Shown here: positions 41,906-54,357 of the stretch, one piece after another
Position numbering within the stretch: the first letter of the stretch is position 1
Layout of the letters: each line of letters begins with the position of its first letter
Source: Chlorokybus atmophyticus
Lineage: Eukaryota > Plantae > Mesostigma and Chlorokybus algae
Direction: 5' to 3'
NCBI GenBank assembly: GCA_009103225.1
Contig: RHPI01003369.1
Location: forward strand, 1,223,490 to 1,287,489
Length of the DNA: 64,000 nt
The notes under the pieces: generated by a model
The model's input: only the letters and a program-made list of their open reading frames with translations
Told to the model about the DNA's origin: nothing
Databases searched by the model: none
Position numbers and translations under genes: made by a program

Positions 41906-44900
41906 TTACCGTCCGCATGTGGACACTGCACTCCAGTACCCCCGAAGAATCTCCTGGCAGTTGGTAAGATTTCTTTCGGGCTCCCATGTGTTGTGTTCAA
42001 CACCATACCCTTTCCATTTCACCAAGTAAGACGGCGCGCGTCTGCGTCGAGGCTTACGGTGACTCAGGATTGCTTCCACCTCATACTCAAAAGTATCGTC
42101 GCCATCCACTGCAACCGGGGGTGGAGGAGGTTGAACCCGACCCGTCCGAACGGTACGGTTTCAGCACACTCACATGAAACACATTGTGAATGCGTATCGA
42201 CTTTTGCAAGTCAAAACGATACGCGTGAGTGCCGACCCGATCAGTCACTTTGAAAGGGCCTATCCAGCGAGGGAAAAACTTGCGGGTACCCACTCTCTTG
42301 ATGGATACGTTTTTGGTACTTAGAAGCACCGAACAGCCCACATCGTAGTTGGCCTCTCTACGATGCGCATTAGCTTAGGCTTTTTGTCTGTCTTGCGCTG
42401 CGCGCAGACAATCCTTTGCCAATGCTAACCTATCCAACATGGCCGAAGCCATCTCGCGCGCTGCAGGTACGCGAGTTACGTCAGTAGCGGGCAACTTAAT
42501 GTTCGCAGGACTCAGTGGATGCAATCCGTGATTCAAGAAGAACGGAGTATCATGCACACTCTCTTGCCATGCATTATTGATCACGAACTCAGCCATTGGG
42601 AAATAAATATCCCAATCACTCTGATTCGGGCTCACATAATGCCGGATGGTTTCCACAATCACTTGATTGGCGCGTTCTGTCTGACCATCCGTCTGTGGAT
42701 AGTAAGCAGTGCTCATGTTCTGCTAAATGTGTAAGAAGCTGCACAGCGACTTTCAAATCTGAGCCACAAATCGCGGATTGCGATCTGACACAAAGTTGTG
42801 GGGCAAGCCATGCAACTTGAAAACAGACGCGACAAACACCATCGCCAACTCACGGGAGCCTATCTCCGTGCGACAAGGGACAATGTGAACCATTTTTGTC
42901 AAACGATCCACAAAAATTGCAACCGCAGTGCGACCGAATGCTGTCTTTGGGAGCTTAGTTATTCAGTCCATACTCACACTTTCCCATTTGCCATCAGGAA
43001 CAGGCAATGGTCGCAGCAACCCAGCGGGTTTCTGACGTAACGGCTTGTCACGCTGACATTTGTCACACGTGTCCACATACCGCTTTACGTTAACAGGCAA
43101 CGATGGCCACCAATACAACTGGTGCGCTGCCTTAACAGTCTTGCGACTGCCAAAGTGCCCAGCGTACGGTGGATCGTGTACATCAGCTATGCATTTCGCA
43201 CGCAATCCAGCATGGTCAAGTATTACCAAGCTAGGCCCACATAATACAAGTTGTCTCGTTTGTTCAGCTTTTGCACGCTGTCCTCTGACGACAACCATGG
43301 GTAAAAAGCATACCCTTGCATGACAGCTTGCACAAACTCATCATCCGGTGGCAATGTACCGCGCGTCGCAAGCAATTGCGCACGCATAACTGCCAACAAT
43401 GATGGACAACGACTCAGAGGATCAGCAACATTAGTTCAGCCTGGCCGGTATACCCACTTAAAGGTAAACCGAAACAGAAACTCATTCCAGCGAGCTTGCT
43501 TTCGTGACAAGTTTTGCTGCGTTGAGAAATACACCAATGGATTATGACCAGTCACCACTGTGAACTGAACCCCCTCCAAGTAACATTGCCATGTTTCCAG
43601 AGCATGTACTATACCAAGCAACTCTTGTTCGGTGGTAGTGTAATCTACCTCTGCCGGGATGAACTTCCTACTCTGATAAGCACATGGTTTGCCATCTTGC
43701 AACAGTACTGCACCACACCCAAAGGGTGGACGCATCGCTAACTACAGTGAAATGCTTGTCCCAGTTTGACAATGCCAACACTGGAGCAGAAGTTGAAGCT
43801 AGCTTCACCTGTTACATAGCAGCTTCTTGTTCAGCTGTCCATAAGAATGGAGCGTCTTTTCGCGACAGTTTTGTCAAAGGCACCACTATTGTGGAGTACC
43901 CCATTATAAACTTGCGAAAGTGGTTTGCCGATCCCAAGAATGATCGCAGCTGATGGATATTTTAAGGTTGAGGCCAATCCTTTACAACTTGCACTTTGCG
44001 GGGTCAGGTTTCACACCCGCACCGCTCACGATGTGCCCCAAGAATGGCAACTCCGTCTTGCAGTCTCATTTTGCAAGATTGGCAAACAAGCGATGTGTAC
44101 GCAGCAAGGCGAACACCGCTTCCAAGTGCGGCTTATGCTCTTCCTTGGTTTTACTAGAGACAATGATGTCATCCAAGTAAACCATAACATACTTGCCAAG
44201 TATGCCACCAAAAAACTTATTCATTTCCTTCTAAAAACACTGCGCGCGCATCAGTCAATCAAAAAGGTAACACTTTGTAGTAATGGCCCGAAGGTGTTCT
44301 GAATGCTGTCTTGTAAACATCAGGATGAAAAGGATGAATCCGGATTTGATGATACCCACTTGTCAAGTCCAACGTACTAAAGTATGCGTTTCTCGACAGT
44401 TTATCAAACACATCATCAATCCGGGGCAACGGGTATCGATTCTTTACCGTGATCTTGTTGAAAGCACGGTAATCCACACACATGCGCAGCATTCCATTCT
44501 TTTCCATCACAAACAAGATGGGCGCGCCAAAGGGTGAAGAACTCGGTTCAATCAATCCCTTTTCCAATAACTCTTTGATTTGAGTTTCCATTTCCCCCCT
44601 CTCTCGGGGGCTCAGCCTATATATAGGCCGAAACGGAGGCTCACTATCAGGAATGAGTGGTAATGTGTGTCCGACACCTCGATCAGGAGGTAAGCCTGGC
44701 AACTCATCTGAGAACACATCTTGATATTTCTCAATGATGTTTGCAACACCTTCTGTATTTCTTGGTCTGACAACGTCAAGTGTACCAGAAAAGCCGGTGT
44801 GTTTTTGCGCAACGCACGTTTCACTTGCCGTGCAATGAGTAGCGCAGGGTCGGGCTGCTTGTGGTCCAAGCTATGTGACCCTTTCACAGACAATGTTACA

Positions 44901-45330
44901 CGCTTACGACCTTTCTTTACTGTGTACAAGCGTGCGCCAGCATCCAATGTCGTTTTGACATTCTCCTGCCATTCCTGTCATAATACCACATCAACACCTG
45001 ATATGCCGATGGATACCACTATGAAGGTAAAAGTGGCATGATAATTACCAATTTTTACCTTCATTTTTATTTCCCCTTTTACTGGCAACGCACGCCCCGC
45101 ACCAGCAGCTGAAAATGCAGAGGGTTTACACGCTATCTTCTTGCGCACAACCCATTGTTCCTCAACGAAATTGTGTGTTGCACCAGTGTCAATCAAGAAC
45201 GAACTGTTTACACCTTGCATTGTGCCACTAAATGTCCACAACAGAGGAACTACCCGTCCTTGAAATGTAGCCAAGAGTCCGTGACTAATGCAAGGGTTGA
45301 TTAATATGGCTGACAACCGTACTGTCCCCG
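41906..45330 (-). pseudogene. pol (protease, RT, RNase H, integrase, chromodomain), disrupted by frameshifts and stops
   Basis: FLIDTGATHNFV; [24 protein letters not shown]; YTTTEQELLGIVHAL; HDPPYAGHFG..CDKCQ; STAYYPQTDGQTERANQ; YEVEAILSHR..YLVKWKGY..NTWEPERNL. These lie in several broken frames. Confidence 0.93.
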
Positions 45331-45666
45331 TTTCACGCTTGCTGAATTGCTTCAACACAGATCCTCCCCGAGTATGTTTTAACCATGGGCCATGATACTT
45401 TGGCACCATCACCACCATACTCAAGATTCTGTGCTTATTCTGCAACGTAGTCAATGCATGCAACACATCGGTAAGCATGTTGAACTCAACATGTACCAGC
45501 ACACAAGCATTCTCTTCCACTTTTTCAACATCAAAGAGTGACAACTTGTCATGTGCTTGCCATGCATTTGTCACAACATGCACTTGGAATAGATCATCAA
45601 ATCAGCTTGCTGCTTGCATCTCAAGCAACTGGCTATCAACCGCACTACATCAGTCACGGCGTAATC

Positions 45667-46752
45667 CTATTCAACCTTCTTGGCCTTGCCCTTCTTAGCG
45701 GGGCAGTTCTTCGCAATGTGGCCCGGCTGGTGACAGACGTAACAGGTGCGAGCCGCAGCGGGTGTAGCACCACCAGCAGATGTGCCACCGGTAGGAGGCG
45801 TGAATGTCTTCGCCTTCTTTGTCGTGTGCACACTCGGCTGAGGGTAACGCTTTCCTCCCACCCCGTTTGGCTTGGCCGCAGCTGCCACATGTGCCTTTTC
45901 CTGCACCGCTGTGTTATCACTGTACAGATACACGCTCAGCTTCTGCAGCTGGGCCAAGTCCTCAGGAACCCAAGGAAGTCCCTTTGCCGTGTTGTACCGC
46001 AGCTGATCGCGCACACGCTCATCCATGCCGCGCTTGTACAACTCAAACTGCTCAGCTTTGTCCACGGGCATAAGGCCACTGTTCACGCGACCCACCAACG
46101 CTTGGAACTCCTGCATATGTACTGAAGCCGCCCGGTCATTGTGTCGCAGCTTGTTGCGAGCCTGAGTAGCTGGATCCATGCCACCATAGCGCTCCACAAG
46201 GAACTTGAATAGTGCCTCCACTGTCTTGGCCGCACCATCCTCTGTCTGCCGCGCCCACTCAGCGAGAGCATCAGATGGCATGAGCAGCTCAGCAACAGCA
46301 ATGTGCTCCCCAACTGGGCGCTTCAGTGCTGTCAAATAGTGCTCAGCAGTGACCACCCAATCATGGATGCTGACACTGCCGTTGGGCTTGAACTTCTCTG
46401 GCTTGTTCAGCGCTATAAGCGACAGCCGCGCTGATGCAACAGCTGCTGAAGTAGCACCCGCCACCTGTTGGCGCAGCGCCACCAACTAAGACTGCATAGC
46501 ATCGAGGCGTGCCATCAACTGCACTCGGCCAGTCAACTTGTCTTCCAAGTTGGGTCCCAAGTACCAGAACACGTCCTTGCAACGCTGTGAGGTTTCCACT
46601 CCCAAGTTGGCCAAAGCCTCAAACGCCATTCGCTTGCCTTGGTAAGGGAGAGGCTTATCATATACGGTCATGATAGCAGCCACCTTTGGATCACCTCGCA
46701 CGAGTGGCGGGATGTTGTTCATGAGCTCATGCTCGAGCATGCGGATTACCAT
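45667..46752 (-). pseudogene. gag with a CCHC zinc knuckle and one in-frame TAG at 46486-46488
   Basis: ORFs 46486..46752 and 45667..46485 are contiguous in the same frame. CYVCHQPGHIAKNC lies near the C-terminus. Confidence 0.85.
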
Positions 46753-48633
46753 CTCCTTGCTTGCACGAGGGAGTGTGGCAAAATCTGTCTCATAGCCATC
46801 ATGAACCGTCTGCGCCCATGCATCCCATGTTTCCTAACGAAGCTGAGGGTGGGCAGCAAGTAGAGCTTTACGCTCTAAGGCATACTTCTCAATGGCCCCG
46901 CCAATGACACTCTGTGTAAAGATGCTCGTGCTGATTGAACACCTCACCAGAGCTACCAGTCTGATGAACGAGCTAGGTTGCAACTGAGCACACCAATAGC
47001 GCTATCACACGTGCACCTACTCGCAATCAATCAACAACAGTATTCGCACCGTGGGGTTGAACACCTTGAGGGCAATGTAGGCGCCTCAAAACTTGTGGGG
47101 GCAGTCCGGTTCGTGCATGAGCTGTAGCAAAAGCACACCCACGCGCACACACGTACCGTGGATGCAAACTATACAAGCACGCACACACCGTCCACAACAA
47201 GAGCAATAACTTAATTTCCCACTTGGTCCAACCTCCCTAATATCAGTATACTAGCTACTTATATACCTAAGAGGCTATACTAAGTAGTCAACATTGTAGA
47301 AGTCAACAATGTTGACTACACCGCCAACACATGCCTAAAACATGTGTATTAGCTGTTTAAAACTGCGTCGGCGCATAGAAACTGTCAACGGTGGTTAAAT
47401 GTCAGCGCATAACGCTTACGTGACCTTTTTAACGCGCGCCCTTGATGTAGAAATAACCCGGCGACTTGGGACTTTATATAAGCATAACGCGTCAAGCATG
47501 TTAAACAGGGCTGTTTTGGGGTAAAAGGGCTAGAAATTCAGCTTAAAAGCAAGTGTAATACCAACTTTGTTACACTCTGTGTGTCCACTGCAGCTGGTCC
47601 ACTTTGAGAAGACTGGTTGGGAACAGCTTCGTTGTCTTGCTTAGCTCCTTCCTTCTCACTATCAGTAAGTTTATAGCTTTCACTCGTGTCCGAGTCCTTC
47701 ACTTCCTCATCACTAGATGGCTCATATGATGTTGACTTCTCGGGCACAGAAGCATAGCCCACACCGTCCTCTCCTTGGTCAGACATCTGCCCAAGGATAC
47801 AAGCCGTCAATACTAGAAGTTTGTAAGTGCACAAACACACAAGTTGTGCACTTCAAAAGGGACAAAATCCACTGATTTTTCTTCGTCAAGTTTCAAGTGC
47901 TTAATGTGAAGTATTCAACCCAAAAAAGAGCTCTCCACACACCTCTCAACTAGACACTTGCTTTGAAACAAACCACACGCGAATCCACGCGGCGGTTCAC
48001 AAGCTATAGCCACTCAAAGTTTTTACTTTGTAAAACTCAGCTCAACTCACAATTGCAATTGACACACAAGGTGCCAAAATCTCGTTAAATCAGCCCTACA
48101 GGCCGAGATCGACAAGTCGTGAGTTTGATATCGACCGCTCAGAATGACTGACTCTGGCGGCCCCACCGCAGCGACTGGCGGTCGGAACATCCGATATTGC
48201 CACCGGACTGCCCCACAAAGGTTGACAATGTAAAATCACTTCAAACCCTTCACACCACCACGAATCCACGTGGTGGCAAGCACACACAAGTGAAATACTA
48301 TATGATTGTCACTATGTAATGTGCTGGCATACAATGCTTAGAGGAGCGGCCTGAGTGGCCGCCTCCCCTAACAGCAAGCTAGGCTAGGCCAGGGCAACTA
48401 GGCTAGGCTAGGCTAAGCAAGCAAGGCTAAGCTACACCAGCAGCAGCGTTTACACCACCACCACCACAACAACAACAACCAACAACAACCACTACCCACC
48501 CTAGCTGGTGGCTAGTGCTAGTGCTAGTTGCCGCCGCCGTCGCTGCAGTCACTGCCGCCTGCCGCCTGCCGCCTTTAAGCCCACGCCGCCGCCGCCCCCC
48601 ACACATCCCTCGCCGCCCTTGCTTCGATACCAA

Positions 48634-48968
48634 TGTAAGGGGAGAGTGCTCCCTCCTCCCTTTAATCCCCTACCCCAACACCGCCACCAGCCACGACGCC
48701 GCTACCGCCGCCGCCAGGGCAATTGCCGAAGCAGAAGATGATCCCCTGGCTATGCCGCTGCGTTAGCAGCGCCGCTATACATCTGATATCGACATGAGAC
48801 TCATGTCTCATGTCGATATCAGCGTTACAGATAAGTAACACTACATTAGGGCCTTAACACTAGGTTAACGGCCCTAATACGGCTTAACTGGCTGTACATA
48901 CCCGTTGGGACCCTTATTCAATCTTATATAAGGGCGGGGAACCTCTATAGAGGTAGCACTCCGTTACA
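48634..48968 (-). repeat. 5' LTR (335 bp)
   Basis: Directly adjacent to the PBS; TG..CA ends. Confidence 0.93.
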
Positions 48969-50578
48969 CAAAGTGCATTAAAGCATCTGGTCTACAGCCC
49001 CTGGTGTAATTGAAGTTGCGCGCCCCCGCCTTGCTCGTTTCTTGCAAGAATTGATATTGCTTTGCGCTTGTTTATGCCACATGTGTGCATAAATGTGTGT
49101 GCACGATTGTGCATTGCAAACCCAAGTCTATACCTTATACATGTGGAGGCTTTTCAACGTTTCAAGCCATTTAGATGCTCACTACACACCGTGAGCATAT
49201 ATGCAGCTTTGCTCACACGAGCAATCAACTTGATAAAGACTTCTGCAAGCTTACCCATCATAACATTATTGTAGTGCTAGACGGTTCGTAACCAATCGAT
49301 TATCTTCAAAACTACGTACCTCCATTCATAACATCAAGCCCTTGTTGAACCATAATAGTCAACTTATGTTGATATATTGATGTTTGATCGGATTCATCTA
49401 GTGCTTGAAATCTTCAATTAATTTAAAAACACGATCAATATGCTATGAAAACGATGATGCCACCGAAAGGTTTGATGTTTACATGATGCAATCAAGTTGC
49501 ACTTATGTATTGTGTGTGTACACATTTTGATAATGTTTCGCTGCACGCGGCGGCTGTGGTGGGTGTTTGGGCTTAGGAATGGTTGCATACATTGCAGTTG
49601 GTCATCATTATGAATAGCACATTGTGCAATGCATTGCCACATATTAAATCGTATATGAAACATATCAAACAGATCTCAAATATGTGAAAATACCATAACA
49701 TAAGTATTTATGTCATGTTATATTCGTATTCGTATTTCATATCGTGTAACTATGCATCGAGCTTGTTAGCTATACTATAGCTATGGTGGTTAGCTAGTAG
49801 CTAACCACACCATACGTACAAGTCAATTCAATGACCATTAACAATGTCTTGTGCTTTTATTGTTCTGAAATAGCAATAGTAGATTATGTTAGCCTTAACT
49901 AAGCTTGAAGTTTAATGTCTTTTTATGCATGGTTTCACACTTCTTTCGCAAATTTTATACCTCTCACTTTTCTTTGGCTTTTATTTTATGGTGCACATGC
50001 ACTCTTGTAGGCTTGACCAAGGCTCGAATTCAAGCTGCGCTTGTATGTCCGTAACACCCACAACCATAAGCATTCCTTCTCATAGTAGTGTACTTGAAAG
50101 GGAATACAGTGTAGCAGCGACCTGAGAATTAACCTGTGCATGGCAACATCAATAGCAATTCAACTCAAATCTCCAGGGCGCGTTTGCTTTGCAAGCCAGG
50201 ACGCGGTTTTTGCAGGACTCTGCTGCGTAGTCGTCGTCGGCGTCTGCTGGCTTCGCAGCGAGTCCTGCCAAAATTGCTGTTACATAATCTCTAAATAGCT
50301 TATACATAACATGACTCAAGTTCCGCACCTGCATAGGCATTGTGTGTCATGTAGCCCAGCAGCTGGCAAGCTGGAGGCGCAACTTTACCTGGGCCTTCAT
50401 GCATGCATAGTTTCGCAGCAATGACGCCGCACTAAGCCGCACTACACAGTTGAGGCGGAGCCGCGTAGTTTGTGTGCCGCGCAAGCCGAAAGCGCAGAGC
50501 CTGTCCGTTCAAGCATTGTTAGCTCCAAGTGGCCACTATATATGGTAGAAGTGACTGACTGCATGCCTGACTTGATAG

Positions 50579-50682
50579 CTTAGAGAGTGCATGCTCATGC
50601 ACCGGCGACTGTTCGCCTAGCTTGCAGCTTGTCGGTGTAGAAGGACAACCACGACAAGTAAGGTGACAGCCGGTCTAGGCCT

Positions 50683-50729
<47 letters not shown>

Positions 50730-50815
50730 CGCATTAGGCTTTGCCGCCGAAGAACCGTGTGGTCCTGTTTTGCGCTATGCCATGCATGCATTGGTGGGTG
50801 GGTGACCCACTCGGG

Positions 50816-50898
<83 letters not shown>

Positions 50899-52136
50899 GC
50901 TGCCAGCAATTACTGCCTTGCCATTGCCATGCACTCAAGCATTGCTAGCTGCTGTCAGTCACATTGAGCTTCATACCAATGCACGACGTTGAGCAAGTTA
51001 CGTGAGTTGATCACATGGCGTTTGCAGGCTTCGTAAGCGCCAGCTTTGTAACATGGCAACTCCAACAGCGGTGCTGGCAGTTCAGGCAAGCCAGAGAAAG
51101 GTGTGTTCAAAACACTGCAGACCGGCGGTAGACTGCTCGATGAAAATCAGCAACAGCTACACATTGTTCGCCCCATGCTGATCTGTGCAGAACTGTGTTC
51201 TGTTATTAATCGCCAGATGAAAAACTTGGAGGTGACGCACAAGACGTGGCACTAGACACCACAAATGTCGGCAAGGAGGCTCTTGCAGACAAGGAAAAGA
51301 CAAAGAGAACAAAGAGAAGAGTGACAAAGAGGAGAAAGACAAGAACAAGAACAGCGCAAGTAAGCCACTATGTCATGCAGCTGATCATGCACGCACGCGC
51401 GCCATGCCCACCTGTGACGTTTGATGTATTGGGCAACAACAGGCTTGGCGTCTCGAGTCAACAGCTATTTGTCACCAAGTCCGTGGGCCAGCTCTCTTTG
51501 ACATGTGAGTGTGCAATTGGTGCTCATTCTTGACTGTTACGGGGGGTTGCGTGTGTTGTGCATGCGCGGACGCGCACCCGTGTGCACCTGTGCGTGCACC
51601 TATGTGTGCATGCATGTGTAAGCTTGTATATGTAAACAGTCTCGAACATCACAAGTCTGGCAACGCTTTACGTGCGCGCGAGCGAAGCTGACAGCTCCTC
51701 ATTCCACTTTCGCGATGCCGTCGTGGCACTCGTCATCGCCAACATCGCCCTCAGCGGCATAGTCCTCCTCCTGCAGGTGAGTTGTGGCTAAGTCAGAGCT
51801 TGATAGTATGACACAGGCTGTCAACATGCATGGCCTTGGTACTCATCATTAAGCATTGCAAGCCTTCACATCAAACCAAATGTTGCGCTCCATCTTGCAT
51901 GATGTTGTTGTTCTTGACAGAATAACTTGCAGGGTACGTTTGTGGTATCGTCGTGGGAGACCAAAATACCACAGAGGCTTAAAAAGCTCTTCCCAAACGA
52001 CGATGACCATGTGTTCCCAGGATGGCAGCGCGCATGTAACACGGTTACGACCCTGCTGACTATAACCATATCACTTCTGACTGCCATGATATCTGGGCTT
52101 AGTGTAAAGATCGATCCATTAAACTTTATTTATTGA
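50579..52136 (+). pseudogene. Ninjurin-like membrane-protein family, copy A (one apparent 1-nt deletion near 51470)
   Basis: Exons 51443-51504, 51640-51776 and 51933-52136 encode LASRVNSY..KSVGQLSLT-FSNITSLATLYVRASEADSSSFHFRDAVVALVIANIALSGIVLLLQ-GTFVVSSWETK..HVFPGWQRACNTVTTLLTITISLLTAMISGLSVKIDPLNFIY. Upstream exons are homologous to copies B and C. Confidence 0.6.
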
Positions 52137-54357
52137 ATGCAGCCCTACCTGGCAAATAGATAACAGGGTACTACAAATAGTTCTTGTTAGCAATAAGCCC
52201 GAGTGCAAGCGCACATTATAATGTTTCATGTAGACTCGCATTTAGCCTTACATGTCATTATATACATCATCAAGTTTGAAGTTCTGTACTGTAATGCATG
52301 AGTGCATCGAATATTAGTCGATTGTACTTAATGTGTGCGAGTCCCCCCCTTTGTATACGTTGTGGCCTCAATGTTGCACTTCTGATATCTCCACACTAAT
52401 AGGGAGAGGCCCTTTCCCTAGAAAAGAGGCGGGGGGGGGGGGGGGGGGGGNCAAGTCACTATGGACTACATGTAGCATGTGTAGTTAAAGCTACCAATGT
52501 TGTATAAATACTCATTAATGTAATAGCGTGCTTGATAACATTTTATGCTTGATTTGTGGTCCAAAGTAACAAAGTAAAAACACACATACTCATAAAGTCT
52601 TATTTTCACCTTTAATATATACATGTTTTTATGTAAGATGAAGTAAATTATCACTTTGCGCCTCATTTTGTGAATCGAGTGCACAAGAGACAATATTTTG
52701 AATGGTAGCATGCATTATGGCATGGTGTTAAGCACACGCAGCGACGGTCATGCATGACAGCAAGCACGCTGCACATGCAGTCTCATGCAAGCACATCATA
52801 CCGCTCAGTTACCATCAGGCTGCTCATAACTCTGCCTAACACTGCAACTCCCTACCCCGTTGGTCACACCGGCATCCATGTTGTGAATCATATGCACGCA
52901 GGCACCATCATGTCGGCGCCTCGACACATCAATAACAGAACAGGCAAACCACGCACTCCCCTGCCGCTCTTAACGCCACCGGCAACCATTGCGATCGCTG
53001 CAACGTGGCTCCATCATGTTGTTAAGACTGCGCGTCCTTTTATGTTTCATGAGCTAAATTATGTACAATATGACGTGCAGTGCATAACACTCTTTTTAGG
53101 CATGTGCTATTGTTTGTTATAGTGTTACGATGAACAATAATGATGTTAATACCATGATACCATGATAAGTATTAAACTTAGCTATGTTATGCAGCAGTGA
53201 CAAGTGATGGCAGCAGATTGGTCCTTTGTCATAAAACATCCATACCTTTTTACATGAGGCAAAGATCGCAAGAGGATTGTGTTATATATACCCCCACGCC
53301 CCCCCTCCCCGAAGCCCCTGTCATGCCAGCGGCCCAGGGGGGGCCAACTTCCTCATTGATGCCTACAGCCAGGCATCGTTCCCGCTGTCATGCTAATCGT
53401 CAACGTCCGCAAAGTTTCCTCGACCATGCCTATAGCCAGGCATTCGCGCCTGCTAGTAGCATGAGGACCGCGCGCCGCGTGTCGTACGACTGCCACGGCG
53501 GTCGTAAGTTGTAGGTACCATCGTAGCTGTTCCGTTCTGGCTCAGCTCGAACTGCATCGAGTTCTAACGGCTCTATCGCTTGAACTCACAACTAGCCGCT
53601 GCTCTAGGACTGCACAATTGTAAGTAGATGCGGCTGTACTATAAGTAGCAGACTTAGCCCCATTGTTACTTGGCAAGACTGTGAGTACGAAGCAAGGACT
53701 GATCAACGCCCCAACCTCTGCAATACAAGGACTACACGTGAGCTTGGCGTGTTTGTGATTGTTGTGTGTTGTGTATGGATGCGGAGCACACAGATACACA
53801 CTGCATTTGCCTCACATACTAGCTGCGCGTGCTGGCATGATTGAGCATACACACGTATCAGTCAGGGTTTGCTATCACACATGTTAGTAGCACCCATAGC
53901 TCCTACTTAACAGTGAACATACATATATACATACATACACGTGCATCTTGCTATCGTGGGAAGGCCCTGTGAGCACATCATCTTAATAGATGGCTTGCTG
54001 CCTACATAGCTTCCTCTACACTTATGCTGGGTGGGAGCTCTTCTCGGCTGCACACGGATGTCTACAACAGCCCACGAGGCTGGCCTCATTCCCTATCATG
54101 GCAATACGGTTGGGAGCGACCTGGAGGGGCACACGACCCTGCCAGGCCCGACAGCCCTTGCACGGCTTCAAGCTGCACGGCTTCAAGCCAAGTTGAAAAA
54201 CTTGTGTTTAAGCTCTTTGGGATGTATTACGGTTTGGTAGTACATTACCTAGTAGATGGAAGCCCTGACAGCACCACGTCATTGCAAGGTAGGCGATGAC
54301 ACTCTTGAACCACCTTACCTCCAGCTCCAAGCCGTCTAGGCTATCATGTGGATGCCC

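Larger units (their letters stand above)
41444..48968 (-). mobile_element. Full-length degenerate Ty3/gypsy chromovirus LTR retrotransposon (about 7.5 kb)
   Basis: TG..CA LTRs at 41444-41780 and 48634-48968. PBS TGGTATCGAAGC (48621-48632), PPT at 41781-41790, near-TSD catag/caaag. Domain order gag-PR-RT-RNaseH-IN-chromodomain. Confidence 0.95.

Noticed and set aside
46486-46488. In-frame TAG in gag as programmed readthrough or as evidence of a TAG=Gln genetic code
   Set aside because: The context TAG-TTG-G is not a CARYYA readthrough motif, the element is otherwise degenerate, and a CAG-to-TAG mutation explains it. The host exons I translated have no internal TAA/TAG, and host genes end in TAA, TAG and TGA.
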